DNA of 64,000 bases from Oceanospirillaceae bacterium (GTDB taxonomy: Bacteria > Pseudomonadota > Gammaproteobacteria > Pseudomonadales > Balneatricaceae): positions 11,053 to 75,052 of the forward strand of contig JABSRB010000020.1 in assembly GCA_013215375.1 (NCBI GenBank). Reading direction: 5' to 3'. Below the pieces are notes generated by a model. It made no database searches, was not told where the DNA came from, and saw only the letters and a program-made list of their open reading frames with translations. Shown piece by piece: positions 31,780-40,242 of this stretch. The position numbers were made by a program, and so were the translations under genes. Every line of letters starts with the position of its first letter. Within the stretch, counting starts at the first letter, position 1.

Positions 31780-32054
31780 CTCCTTTGCAACTTTTAATTT
31801 AACGGTTGCGAAAACTATAATTCATTTCGCAAAGAAGCAGCTACCTTACGATGACACACCCTATTTATTTCACTCTTGATCTATAAAATTCCAACAATAA
31901 TTGTTTCTAATATGTATAATACCCCACATTTTTCGCCTGAAGCACTTTTGTCTTCAACTGGCACAAACAAGCGGTAATCATGCCGTGTACTTCTTGGAAC
32001 CTGCATAACACTGTTCTAAGAATCAAATTTAATACTATAGGCTAAATAGATATA

Positions 32055-33881
32055 ATGGTTAAAGATCTTAATAAGTTACGCAATATTGCAATCATTGCGC
32101 ACGTCGACCACGGTAAGACCACCTTAGTAGATAAACTACTAGAGCAGTCTGGTACTTTAGATCGTCGCTCTGCTGGCGAAGAGAGACTCATGGACTCTAA
32201 CGATCAAGAGCGTGAACGCGGAATAACAATCCTCGCGAAAAACACCGCCATTGAATGGAACGGTTACCACATCAACATCGTTGACACTCCAGGCCACGCC
32301 GATTTTGGTGGTGAAGTTGAACGTGTAATGTCGATGGTAGATTGCGTATTATTATTAGTAGATGCTGTTGATGGCCCTATGCCACAAACACGTTTCGTGA
32401 CCAAAAAGGCCTTCGAGCAGGGCTTAAACCCAATCGTTGTTGTCAACAAAGTTGACCGTCCTGGCGCTGATCCAGACAGAGCAATCGATCTTGTTTTTGA
32501 TCTTTTTGACAGCCTGGGTGCCACCGATGAGCAATTGGACTTCCCCATTGTTTACGCATCAGCCCTAAACGGCGTAGCGGGACTTGAACACGAAAACTTA
32601 GCCGACGACATGACTCCTCTTTTTGAGGCAATTGTCAAGCACGTTAAAATCCCAGATGTTGATCTAGCAGGTAAATTTCAAATGCAGATCTCTGCATTGG
32701 ATTACAACAGCTACTTAGGCGTTATTGGTGTTGGTCGTATCCAGCGCGGCAGCGTCAAAATCAATCAAAAAGTCACTATCATTGGTGCAGACGGCACAGA
32801 GCGCAGCGGTAAGATCCAAAAGATCCAAGGCCACTTAGGACTTGAGCGCATCGAATTAGAATCAGCTCACGCCGGCGACATCGTGTGCATTTCTGGTATT
32901 GAAGAGCTATTTATCTCCGATACTCTCTGCGATCCAGAATTAGTAGAAGCACGTCCACCCCTTAGCATTGATGAGCCTACAGTCTCTATGACCTTTATGG
33001 TGAACAATTCACCATTCGCCGGTCAAGATGGAAAATTCGTCACTAGCCGTAACATTAAAGAGCGTCTAGAACGTGAATTAATCCATAACGTGGCACTTCG
33101 TGTTGAACAGGGCGACTCACCAGAGAAGTTCATTGTTTCTGGTCGTGGTGAATTACACCTATCTGTTCTTATCGAAACGATGCGTCGCGAAGGTTTTGAG
33201 ATAGGAGTATCTCGCCCTGAGGTAATCCAGCGTATTGTCGATGGTAAAATTGAAGAGCCCTACGAAGAAGTCACCATTGATGTTGAATCACAACATCAGG
33301 GATCTATCATAGAAGAGCTTAGCGCTCGTCGTGGCGACATGACTAACATGGAAGTTGATGGCGATCGTATTCGCTTAACTTTCATCATGCCTTCTCGCGG
33401 TTTAATTGGTTTCAGAAGTAAGTTCCTAACCATGACTTCTGGCACCGGCATCATGACTTCTGTGTTTGATCACTACGGCCCTGTTAAACAAGGCGAAGTT
33501 GTCTACCGTAAAAACGGTGTACTTGTCTCTATGGTGACAGGTAAGGCACTGGCTTACTCTCTTTGGACTCTGCAAGAGCGCGGTCGTTTGTTCGCCACGC
33601 CAAACATTGAAGTTTACGAGGGAATGCTACTTGGTATCCACAGCCGTACTAACGATTTAGCCGTTAACCCAATCAAAGGTAAGCAGCTAACCAACGTTCG
33701 TGCATCGGGTACTGATGAAAACATTCAGCTAACACCTCCTATCAATTACACTCTTGAGCAAGCGTTAGACTTTATCGAAGATGATGAATTGGTTGAAGTA
33801 ACACCTAACCACATCCGTCTGCGTAAGAAGATGCTGACTGAGAACGAGCGCAAGCGCTACTCTCGCTCTGGTAAGAAGTAG
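32055..33881 (+). CDS. typA: Translational GTPase TypA/BipA
   Basis: 608 aa. Motifs: [31 protein letters not shown]-like domain order. Confidence 0.96.
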   Translation: MVKDLNKLRNIAIIAHVDHGKTTLVDKLLEQSGTLDRRSAGEERLMDSNDQERERGITILAKNTAIEWNGYHINIVDTPGHADFGGEVERVMSMVDCVLLLVDAVDGPMPQTRFVTKKAFEQGLNPIVVVNKVDRPGADPDRAIDLVFDLFDSLGATDEQLDFPIVYASALNGVAGLEHENLADDMTPLFEAIVKHVKIPDVDLAGKFQMQISALDYNSYLGVIGVGRIQRGSVKINQKVTIIGADGTERSGKIQKIQGHLGLERIELESAHAGDIVCISGIEELFISDTLCDPELVEARPPLSIDEPTVSMTFMVNNSPFAGQDGKFVTSRNIKERLERELIHNVALRVEQGDSPEKFIVSGRGELHLSVLIETMRREGFEIGVSRPEVIQRIVDGKIEEPYEEVTIDVESQHQGSIIEELSARRGDMTNMEVDGDRIRLTFIMPSRGLIGFRSKFLTMTSGTGIMTSVFDHYGPVKQGEVVYRKNGVLVSMVTGKALAYSLWTLQERGRLFATPNIEVYEGMLLGIHSRTNDLAVNPIKGKQLTNVRASGTDENIQLTPPINYTLEQALDFIEDDELVEVTPNHIRLRKKMLTENERKRYSRSGKK

Positions 33882-33940
33882 TATAAGCTATAAGCTATAA
33901 GCTATAAGCTATAAGCTATAAGCTATAAGCTATAAGCTAT
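33882..33940. repeat. (TATAAGC)n heptamer microsatellite, ~8.4 copies
   Basis: A perfect tandem array that begins on the base immediately after the typA TAG stop. Confidence 0.95.
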
Positions 33941-34013
33941 TGCATATGTAGAAGAAGACGTGCAACAATGGGTGGATGATTGTTTATTGTTTCAAAAATA
34001 GCTGAAATAAGGG

Positions 34014-34056
34014 CACAAAAAAAGCGATGGCTGTGTAAACAGACATCGCTTTTTTA
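34014..34056. terminator. Bidirectional rho-independent terminator between typA and the convergent gene
   Basis: An A7 run, then GCGATGgCTGT-gtaa-ACAGaCATCGC, then T6. Confidence 0.75.
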
Positions 34057-34139
34057 TAGCTTATAGCTTATAGCTTATAGCTTATAGCTTATAGCTTATA
34101 GCTTATAGCTTATAGCTTATAGCTTATAGCTTATAGCTT
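34055..34139. repeat. (TATAGCT)n heptamer microsatellite, ~12 copies; reverse complement of the 33882-33940 array
   Basis: A perfect tandem array. It contains the last 7 codons and the stop of the minus-strand CDS 34117-34497. Confidence 0.95.
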
Positions 34140-34497
34140 CAAGCGCCTCTTGTGCCCAAGCGTTCTTCTCGCTCAAATATTTTAAAAGAGAGAGGGAAAG
34201 CACCTTAGCGGCATCCACCTCACTCCACATTGTTTTAGTCAAACAGCGCCAATGATCTACCTGCATATGCTTAGCTGAGCTCAAATTCTGCTCACAGGTA
34301 TCACAAATCATCAAGCAATGCTCTAACACAGGCTCCTTTGGTACGGGCTCAACTTCGTAAATATGCAGCGACACTGATGATGCTTCACACAGTTCACACT
34401 GAGATGAGCAGCGCCTAACTAAGTTTTTACCAAAATAATTTAATTGATCTAAACGCTCTTGTTTTTTACTTTGAGATTTCTTTGACAAAAGATACAC
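34117..34497 (-). CDS. Cys-rich zinc-ribbon protein (PhnA-like small protein family, tentative)
   Basis: 126 aa with CxxC pairs (CELCEA, CDTCEQ) and HWRCL..MWSEV. The family name is recalled from annotations of similar Vibrio and Pseudomonas proteins and is not verified. The C-terminal AISYKL* is encoded by the heptamer array. Confidence 0.55.
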   Translation of the reverse strand: MYLLSKKSQSKKQERLDQLNYFGKNLVRRCSSQCELCEASSVSLHIYEVEPVPKEPVLEHCLMICDTCEQNLSSAKHMQVDHWRCLTKTMWSEVDAAKVLSLSLLKYLSEKNAWAQEALEAISYKL

Positions 34498-34719
34498 CTA
34501 ACCAGATTGATGATTCATAATTCTAAGGCCCGTATCTGAATCAGATTCCGAGCCTATAATTAATACGCCCGCCTAACGCGTGCAACAACAAGAGTATAAC
34601 TTTGAGACCCGATGAGGTGTAGTGATTTTTAAGCGTCTAGTTTATGTTCTAGAAAAATACACTTTTGCGCACATTCAAAAAACCAATGAGACTTGAAAAA
34701 AGTAAAGAGAGGAAAATTT

Positions 34720-34748
34720 CTAAGAGCAACTTGAAAAGTTGCTCTTAG
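34720..34748 (-). terminator. 13-bp perfect stem-loop, possible terminator of ybdL-yafV
   Basis: CTAAGAGCAACTT-gaaa-AAGTTGCTCTTAG. On the minus strand it is followed by AAAUUUUCC. It lies ~160 nt after the yafV stop. Confidence 0.4.
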
Positions 34749-34908
34749 TGTCGGGATTATCCAACGAATGTCATGAAGACAACTGAGGAGATTACAAAAC
34801 ATCTGCATAAAAATAAATAACTGACAATTGACAATCAGTCATTAAACAATAACACTTTTGAAAAATATTTTGATAGGAATAAGTCTAATTTATCTTAAAT
34901 TAAGTTAT

Positions 34909-35715
34909 TTAGCTGTTTAACTCAAAGTCATCTGCATCCATCCATGCGGGAAATTTTTTACGGTAAGATGCCAAACGATCAAGATGTAGTGTTTGTGTAT
35001 CACTGACACTTGCAGCCGCACTATCGAATGATATCTCACCCAGATAATCGATGCTGAGCGAATCTCCACTGTAGGCAATGCCATTTGCATCTTCTCCTAT
35101 ACGGTTAACGCCTACCACATAACTTTGATTTTCAATCGCCCTAGCTTGCAGTAAGCAGCGCCACGGCGCGCGCCTCGCCTGCGGCCAATTGGCGACATAG
35201 ATCATCAGATCATAGTCATTTTTCGCTCTTGAAAACACTGGAAAACGCAAGTCATAACACACTTGCGGCAGAATCCGCCAACCGCGATAGTCAATGACTA
35301 CCCGCTGCGATCCCGAGCGGTAAACCTCGTGCTCGCCCGACATCCTAAAGCAGTGCCGCTTGTTGTACCTATCAATTCGACCGCTGGGGTGAACAAATAC
35401 AAACTGGTTGTAATACTCGCCCTCAAAAAGTACCGCAAGGCTTCCGCAAATAGCCGCTTCTAATTTCTCTGCTTGTCGGCACATCCAACCAATAGTAGCG
35501 CCATCAGCAGCTTGAGCAATGGCTTTCGGGGTCATAGAAAAACCGCTATTGAACATCTCCGGTAGCACCACTAAATCCGTCTGCCCCTTTAACGCTGCTA
35601 ACTTTTCCTCAAACATGCTTAAGTTAGCACTCTCATTTTCCCAGTGCAGAACACTCTGAATACTAGTGACACGTAATTTGCTCATATCATCCCCTATTGG
35701 CTCAATCATTGGCAT
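34909..35715 (-). CDS. yafV: Omega-amidase (carbon-nitrogen hydrolase, YafV-like)
   Basis: Aligns by eye with E. coli YafV (LPEMF.SGF, YDKRH/YNKRHCFRM, GWRILPQVCYDLRFPV, YVANWP, ARAIENQ, REKFPAW). TAATG overlap with ybdL. An alternative start at 35685 (MSKLRVT) would match the E. coli N-terminus better. Confidence 0.88.
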   Translation of the reverse strand: MPMIEPIGDDMSKLRVTSIQSVLHWENESANLSMFEEKLAALKGQTDLVVLPEMFNSGFSMTPKAIAQAADGATIGWMCRQAEKLEAAICGSLAVLFEGEYYNQFVFVHPSGRIDRYNKRHCFRMSGEHEVYRSGSQRVVIDYRGWRILPQVCYDLRFPVFSRAKNDYDLMIYVANWPQARRAPWRCLLQARAIENQSYVVGVNRIGEDANGIAYSGDSLSIDYLGEISFDSAAASVSDTQTLHLDRLASYRKKFPAWMDADDFELNS

Positions 35716-36863
35716 TACAGCTGAACCAGCTTTTCACAGGCTTCACGTAAGGTCTGATCATTTTTAGCAAAGCAAAAACGTACTAACTTCATTGCGGGAG
35801 GATTTTTACAAAAGACCGACATAGGAATGGCTGCAACGCCAATCTCCTTGGTTAAATATTCACAAAACGCCATGTCATCTAAATCGCTAATACGCGAGTA
35901 ATCCAGCACTTGAAAATAGCTTCCTGATGCAGGAGCACCGCTAAAGCGGCTTTTTTCCATTAGCTGATTAAACAAATCGCGCTTTTGCTGATAAAAGGCC
36001 GGCAACTGTAAATAATGCTCAGGCTGCTCGCGCATTACATCCGCCAATGCATACTGCAGTGGCGATGCGGTACAAAAATTTAAAAACTGATGTACTTTTC
36101 TAAACTCATGTGTCAGCTGTGGTGGCGCCACACAATAGCCAATTTTCCAGCCAGTTACATGATAGGTTTTACCAAAAGATGAAATCACGAAACTGCGCTC
36201 ATATAATCTGGGGTATTTCACAAAGCTTAAATGCTCAGCACCATCAAATATGATGTGCTCGTATACATCATCGCCTATTAGCAGAATGTCAGTACCCGCC
36301 ACCAGCGCTTCCAATTGCTGCAAGTCTGCCTCGCTCATCACCGCGCCGCTGGGATTGTGCGGTGAGTTAAAGATAATTAACCGCGTTTTGGCGGTCACCG
36401 CCGCCGCAAGCGCATGCCAATCTAAGGTAAAGCTCGGCGCTTGTAACTGCACATGCACAGGGATAGCGCCATTTAGAATAATCGCCGGGTTATAGCAATC
36501 AAATGCAGGGTCGAGAACAATCACTTCGTCCCCAGGCTGTACCACACTGGCGATCGCCGCGTATATGGCCTCAGTGGCACCAGAGGTAACAGTCACCTCC
36601 GTTTGTGCGCATACCTTGCGCTGATACAAACGCTCTACCTTCAGCGCTATTTGCTCACGAAGCTCAGGAATGCCGGTCATCGGCGCATACTGATTCTGTC
36701 CTTTCACCACATGTGTATTAACCGCATCTAACAGTAGTTTAGGGCCGTTGAAATCAGGAAAGCCCTGGGCTAAATTTATCGCCCCATGCTCTGCAGCCAT
36801 CTGTGACATGACCGTGAAAATAGTGGTTCCGATCTCTGGTAATTTTGATTCTGGGTACTTCAT
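35715..36863 (-). CDS. ybdL: Methionine (KMTB/glutamine) aminotransferase, PLP-dependent, YbdL-like
   Basis: Aligns by eye with E. coli YbdL (SKLPxxGTTIFT, INLxQGFPDF, NQYAPMTG, SSFGKTYHxTGWKxGYCVAP, LxRxCFAK). Confidence 0.9.
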   Translation of the reverse strand: MKYPESKLPEIGTTIFTVMSQMAAEHGAINLAQGFPDFNGPKLLLDAVNTHVVKGQNQYAPMTGIPELREQIALKVERLYQRKVCAQTEVTVTSGATEAIYAAIASVVQPGDEVIVLDPAFDCYNPAIILNGAIPVHVQLQAPSFTLDWHALAAAVTAKTRLIIFNSPHNPSGAVMSEADLQQLEALVAGTDILLIGDDVYEHIIFDGAEHLSFVKYPRLYERSFVISSFGKTYHVTGWKIGYCVAPPQLTHEFRKVHQFLNFCTASPLQYALADVMREQPEHYLQLPAFYQQKRDLFNQLMEKSRFSGAPASGSYFQVLDYSRISDLDDMAFCEYLTKEIGVAAIPMSVFCKNPPAMKLVRFCFAKNDQTLREACEKLVQL

Positions 36864-37150
36864 AAAACCTCTCTATCTACGCTCTTTGGCTCACTGTTGT
36901 TTAACCTTGGATTATTCTTCTATACAATGGCCCCACTTAAACCTAAATTTGACAATTGAATCACGAAAGTAAGCACAAGATCTTGATGCACCCAGTCAAC
37001 TAGAAAATATTTTCATCACCAATAAGGTGACCACAAAACTTTCTAATTTCCTTTGCACACCAATACCTTACACTTCTTTCTCGCGCCCAATCGCCAAATC
37101 TAGGTTAATCGACCCAGCCTTAGGACTTTTTAATGACACGCTCTCAACCA

Positions 37151-37915
37151 ATGACTCGTTTTCGCCCTTGTATCGACTTACACCAAGGAAAAGTAAAGCA
37201 AATCATAGGGGGCAGCTTAAATGATCAAGGCGCTAAAACTAATTTTGTTAGCGAACAAGATGCCGCACATTACGCCAAACTTTACCAAGAGAAAAACCTC
37301 ACTGGCGGCCATGTGATTGCGCTGGGGCCAAATAACCAAGAGCAGGTAAAGCTCGCGTTAAAAACTTGGCCGAAAGGCCTACAATTTGGCGGCGGCGTCA
37401 CCATTGACAACGCTCAGCAGTGGCTAGATGCTGGAGCAAGTCACGTGATAGTAACCTCCTACCTTTTTGATAACAATCAATTTAGCTGGCGCAAACTCGA
37501 TGATTTAGTCAATCTTATAGGAACCCAATCGCTAGTGCTTGATTTAAGCTGTCGCAAAACGGCAAGCGGCTGGAACATTGCCACCAACCGCTGGCAGGAC
37601 ATTACCAACACTAAAATCGATCGCGACACTCTAACCAAGCTCTCCAGCTACTGCGCCGAGTTCCTGATACACAGCGCTGATGTCGAAGGATTACAAGGCG
37701 GTATCGATGACAAACTTGTCTCTGTATTGGCCGAGCACTGTGACATTCCCGTCACTTACGCAGGCGGGGCTAGATCTATACAAGATCTTGAATACGTACA
37801 GCAGCTCTCTGGCGGTAAAATAGATTTAACCATTGGTAGCGCCCTAGATATTTTTGGCGGCAGCGGTATCACTCTAGAGCAATGTGTACAGTGGAACAAC
37901 CAAACTCACACTTAG
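37151..37915 (+). CDS. hisA: ProFAR isomerase, eukaryote-type (His6-like HisA)
   Basis: MTRFRPCIDLHQGKVKQIIGGSL resembles the yeast His6 N-terminus ([21 protein letters not shown]). TIM-barrel length ~254 aa. Start set at the second ATG. Confidence 0.7.
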   Translation: MTRFRPCIDLHQGKVKQIIGGSLNDQGAKTNFVSEQDAAHYAKLYQEKNLTGGHVIALGPNNQEQVKLALKTWPKGLQFGGGVTIDNAQQWLDAGASHVIVTSYLFDNNQFSWRKLDDLVNLIGTQSLVLDLSCRKTASGWNIATNRWQDITNTKIDRDTLTKLSSYCAEFLIHSADVEGLQGGIDDKLVSVLAEHCDIPVTYAGGARSIQDLEYVQQLSGGKIDLTIGSALDIFGGSGITLEQCVQWNNQTHT

Positions 37916-38009
37916 CCTATTAAGGTCGACTAAGCACAAATTTAAGTCCAATGTGCACAACCCCAATAACATAACGCAAGATATCCTTATGAAAAAATAA
38001 GGAGGCTTT

Positions 38010-39203
38010 ATGCAAATACCTGTAGATACAACAGCCAATAGCAGCACAGTCATTGGCTTCACTCCCTATAAAACAGCTTTATTTCCCCTCTCTGTCTCTT
38101 GTGATGCCAATACCATCAATGTTACTTGGGACAATGGTGACACTAGCCTATTCCATTACATATGGCTCAGGGACAACTGCCAATGCGCAAAGTGTGTAAG
38201 CACACTCACCCGCGAACAGCTCTTTGAAATCTGTGATGTGCCTCTATCAATAAAAGCCACTAAAGCTTGGATAAATGCGCAGCGAAGAATAATGATTGAG
38301 TGGGACTTTGACCAGCACATTAGCGAATACTTTCCTGGCTGGTTACAAGCTCACTGTTACAGTGATTCAGCAAGACTAAAGCGCCAGTTCAAACCGCAAA
38401 CATGGAATAGTTCAGACATAGAGACACGACTCCCTCAGTACCAATACAACGATGTTATCTGGAACGACAACACTCTTCTGAGTTGGCTTAAAGACCTGCG
38501 CAGCTTTGGCATTAGCTTAATTGAAAACGTCGATACGACACCGGATACCGTGGCAAAAGTTGCCGAACGGATATCTTTTATCCGTCAAACCAACTTTGGC
38601 AGGCTCTTTGATGTAAAGGCAAAACCCAACGCCAACTCTGCGGCCTACACTACCTTGCGCCTCCCGCTGCACACAGACTTACCAACTAGAGAGCTACAAC
38701 CTGGATTACAATTTTTACATTGTCTAGTGAACGATGCTACTGGCGGAGAATCAATTTTGGTCGATGGTTTTAAAATTGCTGAGCATATACGCCAACACCA
38801 GCCACAGGCCTATTTGGCACTGACTCAATACCCACTATCGTTTTACAACAAAGATGCCGATAGCGATTATCGCTTTGATGGACCGGTTATCGCCACCAAT
38901 AGTCGTGGCGCTATCACCGAGATTAGAATGGCCAATTTTTTACGCGGCCCGCTGGCAATAGCACCCGAGCAAGTCATGGATCTCTATGCCGGTTACCAAC
39001 TTTTTATCGAGCTGACAAGAGACTCACGTTTCCAGTTTTTGCACCGTTTAAGCGCCGGCGAACTCATCGTGTTTGATAACAGACGGGTACTGCATTCACG
39101 CAATGCATTTGATTTAAAACAAGGCGCTCGCCATCTACAGGGCTGCTATGTAGACACCGACGAGCTAACGTCGAGAATTCGTGTATTAGAGCGTGCTCTA
39201 TAA
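38010..39203 (+). CDS. Gamma-butyrobetaine dioxygenase-like Fe(II)/2-oxoglutarate oxygenase (DUF971 N-domain + TauD/TfdA fold)
   Basis: Strong AGGAGG SD. WLRDNCQCAKC zinc motif of the BBOX N-domain. LPLHTDLPTRE (HxD facial triad) and VLHSR. Confidence 0.8.
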   Translation: MQIPVDTTANSSTVIGFTPYKTALFPLSVSCDANTINVTWDNGDTSLFHYIWLRDNCQCAKCVSTLTREQLFEICDVPLSIKATKAWINAQRRIMIEWDFDQHISEYFPGWLQAHCYSDSARLKRQFKPQTWNSSDIETRLPQYQYNDVIWNDNTLLSWLKDLRSFGISLIENVDTTPDTVAKVAERISFIRQTNFGRLFDVKAKPNANSAAYTTLRLPLHTDLPTRELQPGLQFLHCLVNDATGGESILVDGFKIAEHIRQHQPQAYLALTQYPLSFYNKDADSDYRFDGPVIATNSRGAITEIRMANFLRGPLAIAPEQVMDLYAGYQLFIELTRDSRFQFLHRLSAGELIVFDNRRVLHSRNAFDLKQGARHLQGCYVDTDELTSRIRVLERAL

Positions 39204-40199
39204 AACGATAGGAGAAGCATCTTTTCGCGCTGTATTAGGCGCGATAAGGTACTCCTTTCGATAACTGCGCGAAAACTGCGAAGGCGAGCCAAAACCACAG
39301 GCCAAGGCAATTTGTGAGACACTTAAACTTGTTTCACACAATAGCTGCTTGGCCCTCGTTAAACGTAATTTCAAATAATAACGCGAGGGGGTCATCTGTA
39401 GGTATCGCTGAAAAAGACGTTCCAGCTGGCGCAGTGAAATATGCACTTGCTCTGCCAAATCCGCGGTCGTTATAGGACTGGCTAAATTAGCCTCCATCAA
39501 CTTCAATACTTTTAATAATCTTGGATTATGGATATTTAATCGCTCGCTCATACCGATGCGCTGCTCGACATGTTTATCCCTAACACCTTGACCAATAAAT
39601 TGATCGCAAATCTGCTCTATTAGCTTCTTATCACAAAAAGGCGCTATCAAAGACAACATCATATCTGTCGCCGCGACCCCACCGGCACAAGTCACACAGG
39701 CACCGTCCACCACAAAAAGATCTGTGCTGATACCTTGCTCTGGGTACAGCTCTGCAAACACTGGGACAGCCTCCCAGTGCATTGTGACACAGTGCCCGTT
39801 GAGCAAATTAGCCTCAGCCAGCAAGAAACAACCAGTGTCAAATGCACCAATACAACCACCGCGACGCTTAATCTGCTGCAACCATTTAACACTGCACTGG
39901 GACAAATAACGCCGTGGATTAAAACTACTATTTACAAACAAATTTTTCGGCAGCTCTCGGTCCTTAAAGCCTAAGTGCCTACTCAGCGACATTTCATTAC
40001 TGGCGAGCACACTCTCGCCCTCCTCACTAAAACACTGCCAGCGGAACAATGGTTTGCCCGCCAGCCTGTTGGCGATCCGCAACGGCTCAATCGCTGACAT
40101 CAAAGAGATCATCGCGTATTCAGGGCGCAACAAAAACGAAAAGGTAATTACCCCATCTGCATCGGCACACAGTGGCGAATATGTTGCTGCATCCATCAT
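39198..40199 (-). CDS. GlxA-family (DJ-1/PfpI + AraC HTH) transcriptional regulator, CdhR-like
   Basis: N-terminal DJ-1-like domain; C-terminal AraC HTH (SVSQIALACGFGSPSQFSRSYRKEY). Start set at 40199 (AAGGTG SD). The ORF-track start at 40214 abuts the heptamer repeat with no SD. Confidence 0.8.
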   Translation of the reverse strand: MMDAATYSPLCADADGVITFSFLLRPEYAMISLMSAIEPLRIANRLAGKPLFRWQCFSEEGESVLASNEMSLSRHLGFKDRELPKNLFVNSSFNPRRYLSQCSVKWLQQIKRRGGCIGAFDTGCFLLAEANLLNGHCVTMHWEAVPVFAELYPEQGISTDLFVVDGACVTCAGGVAATDMMLSLIAPFCDKKLIEQICDQFIGQGVRDKHVEQRIGMSERLNIHNPRLLKVLKLMEANLASPITTADLAEQVHISLRQLERLFQRYLQMTPSRYYLKLRLTRAKQLLCETSLSVSQIALACGFGSPSQFSRSYRKEYLIAPNTARKDASPIVL

Positions 40200-40214
40200 G
40201 TTCACCTTAATCAT

Positions 40215-40242
40215 TAGCTTTTAGCTTTTAGCTTTTAGCTTC
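40215..40242. repeat. (TAGCTTT)x4 heptamer microsatellite (last copy TAGCTTC)
   Basis: A tandem array filling the gap between the carnitine dehydrogenase stop (the TAA lies inside the array) and the downstream regulator gene. The unit, rotated to AGCTTTT, differs by 1 nt from AGCTTAT of the 34055-34139 array. Confidence 0.9.

Noticed and set aside
31652-31879. 75-aa plus-strand ORF in the glnA upstream region.
   Set aside because: It overlaps the sigma54 promoter and NtrC-site cluster. It has no SD and a basic, low-complexity translation, so it is most likely non-coding regulatory DNA.
31959-31976. TGGCAC on the plus strand upstream of typA, considered as a possible sigma54 promoter.
   Set aside because: The -12 element is missing (TGGCAC-aaaca-AGCG, not TTGC), and typA is not known to be sigma54-dependent. 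The true TGGCAC-N5-TTGC lies on the minus strand at 31666-31680.
33882-34139. Heptamer arrays considered as a possible CRISPR array.
   Set aside because: The unit is only 7 nt, there are no spacers, and no cas genes lie in the window. These are microsatellites.
37027-37224. 65-aa ORF overlapping the 5' end of the hisA-like gene.
   Set aside because: It is out of frame with a motif-supported CDS, has no SD, and gives a Ser/Leu/Pro-rich translation.
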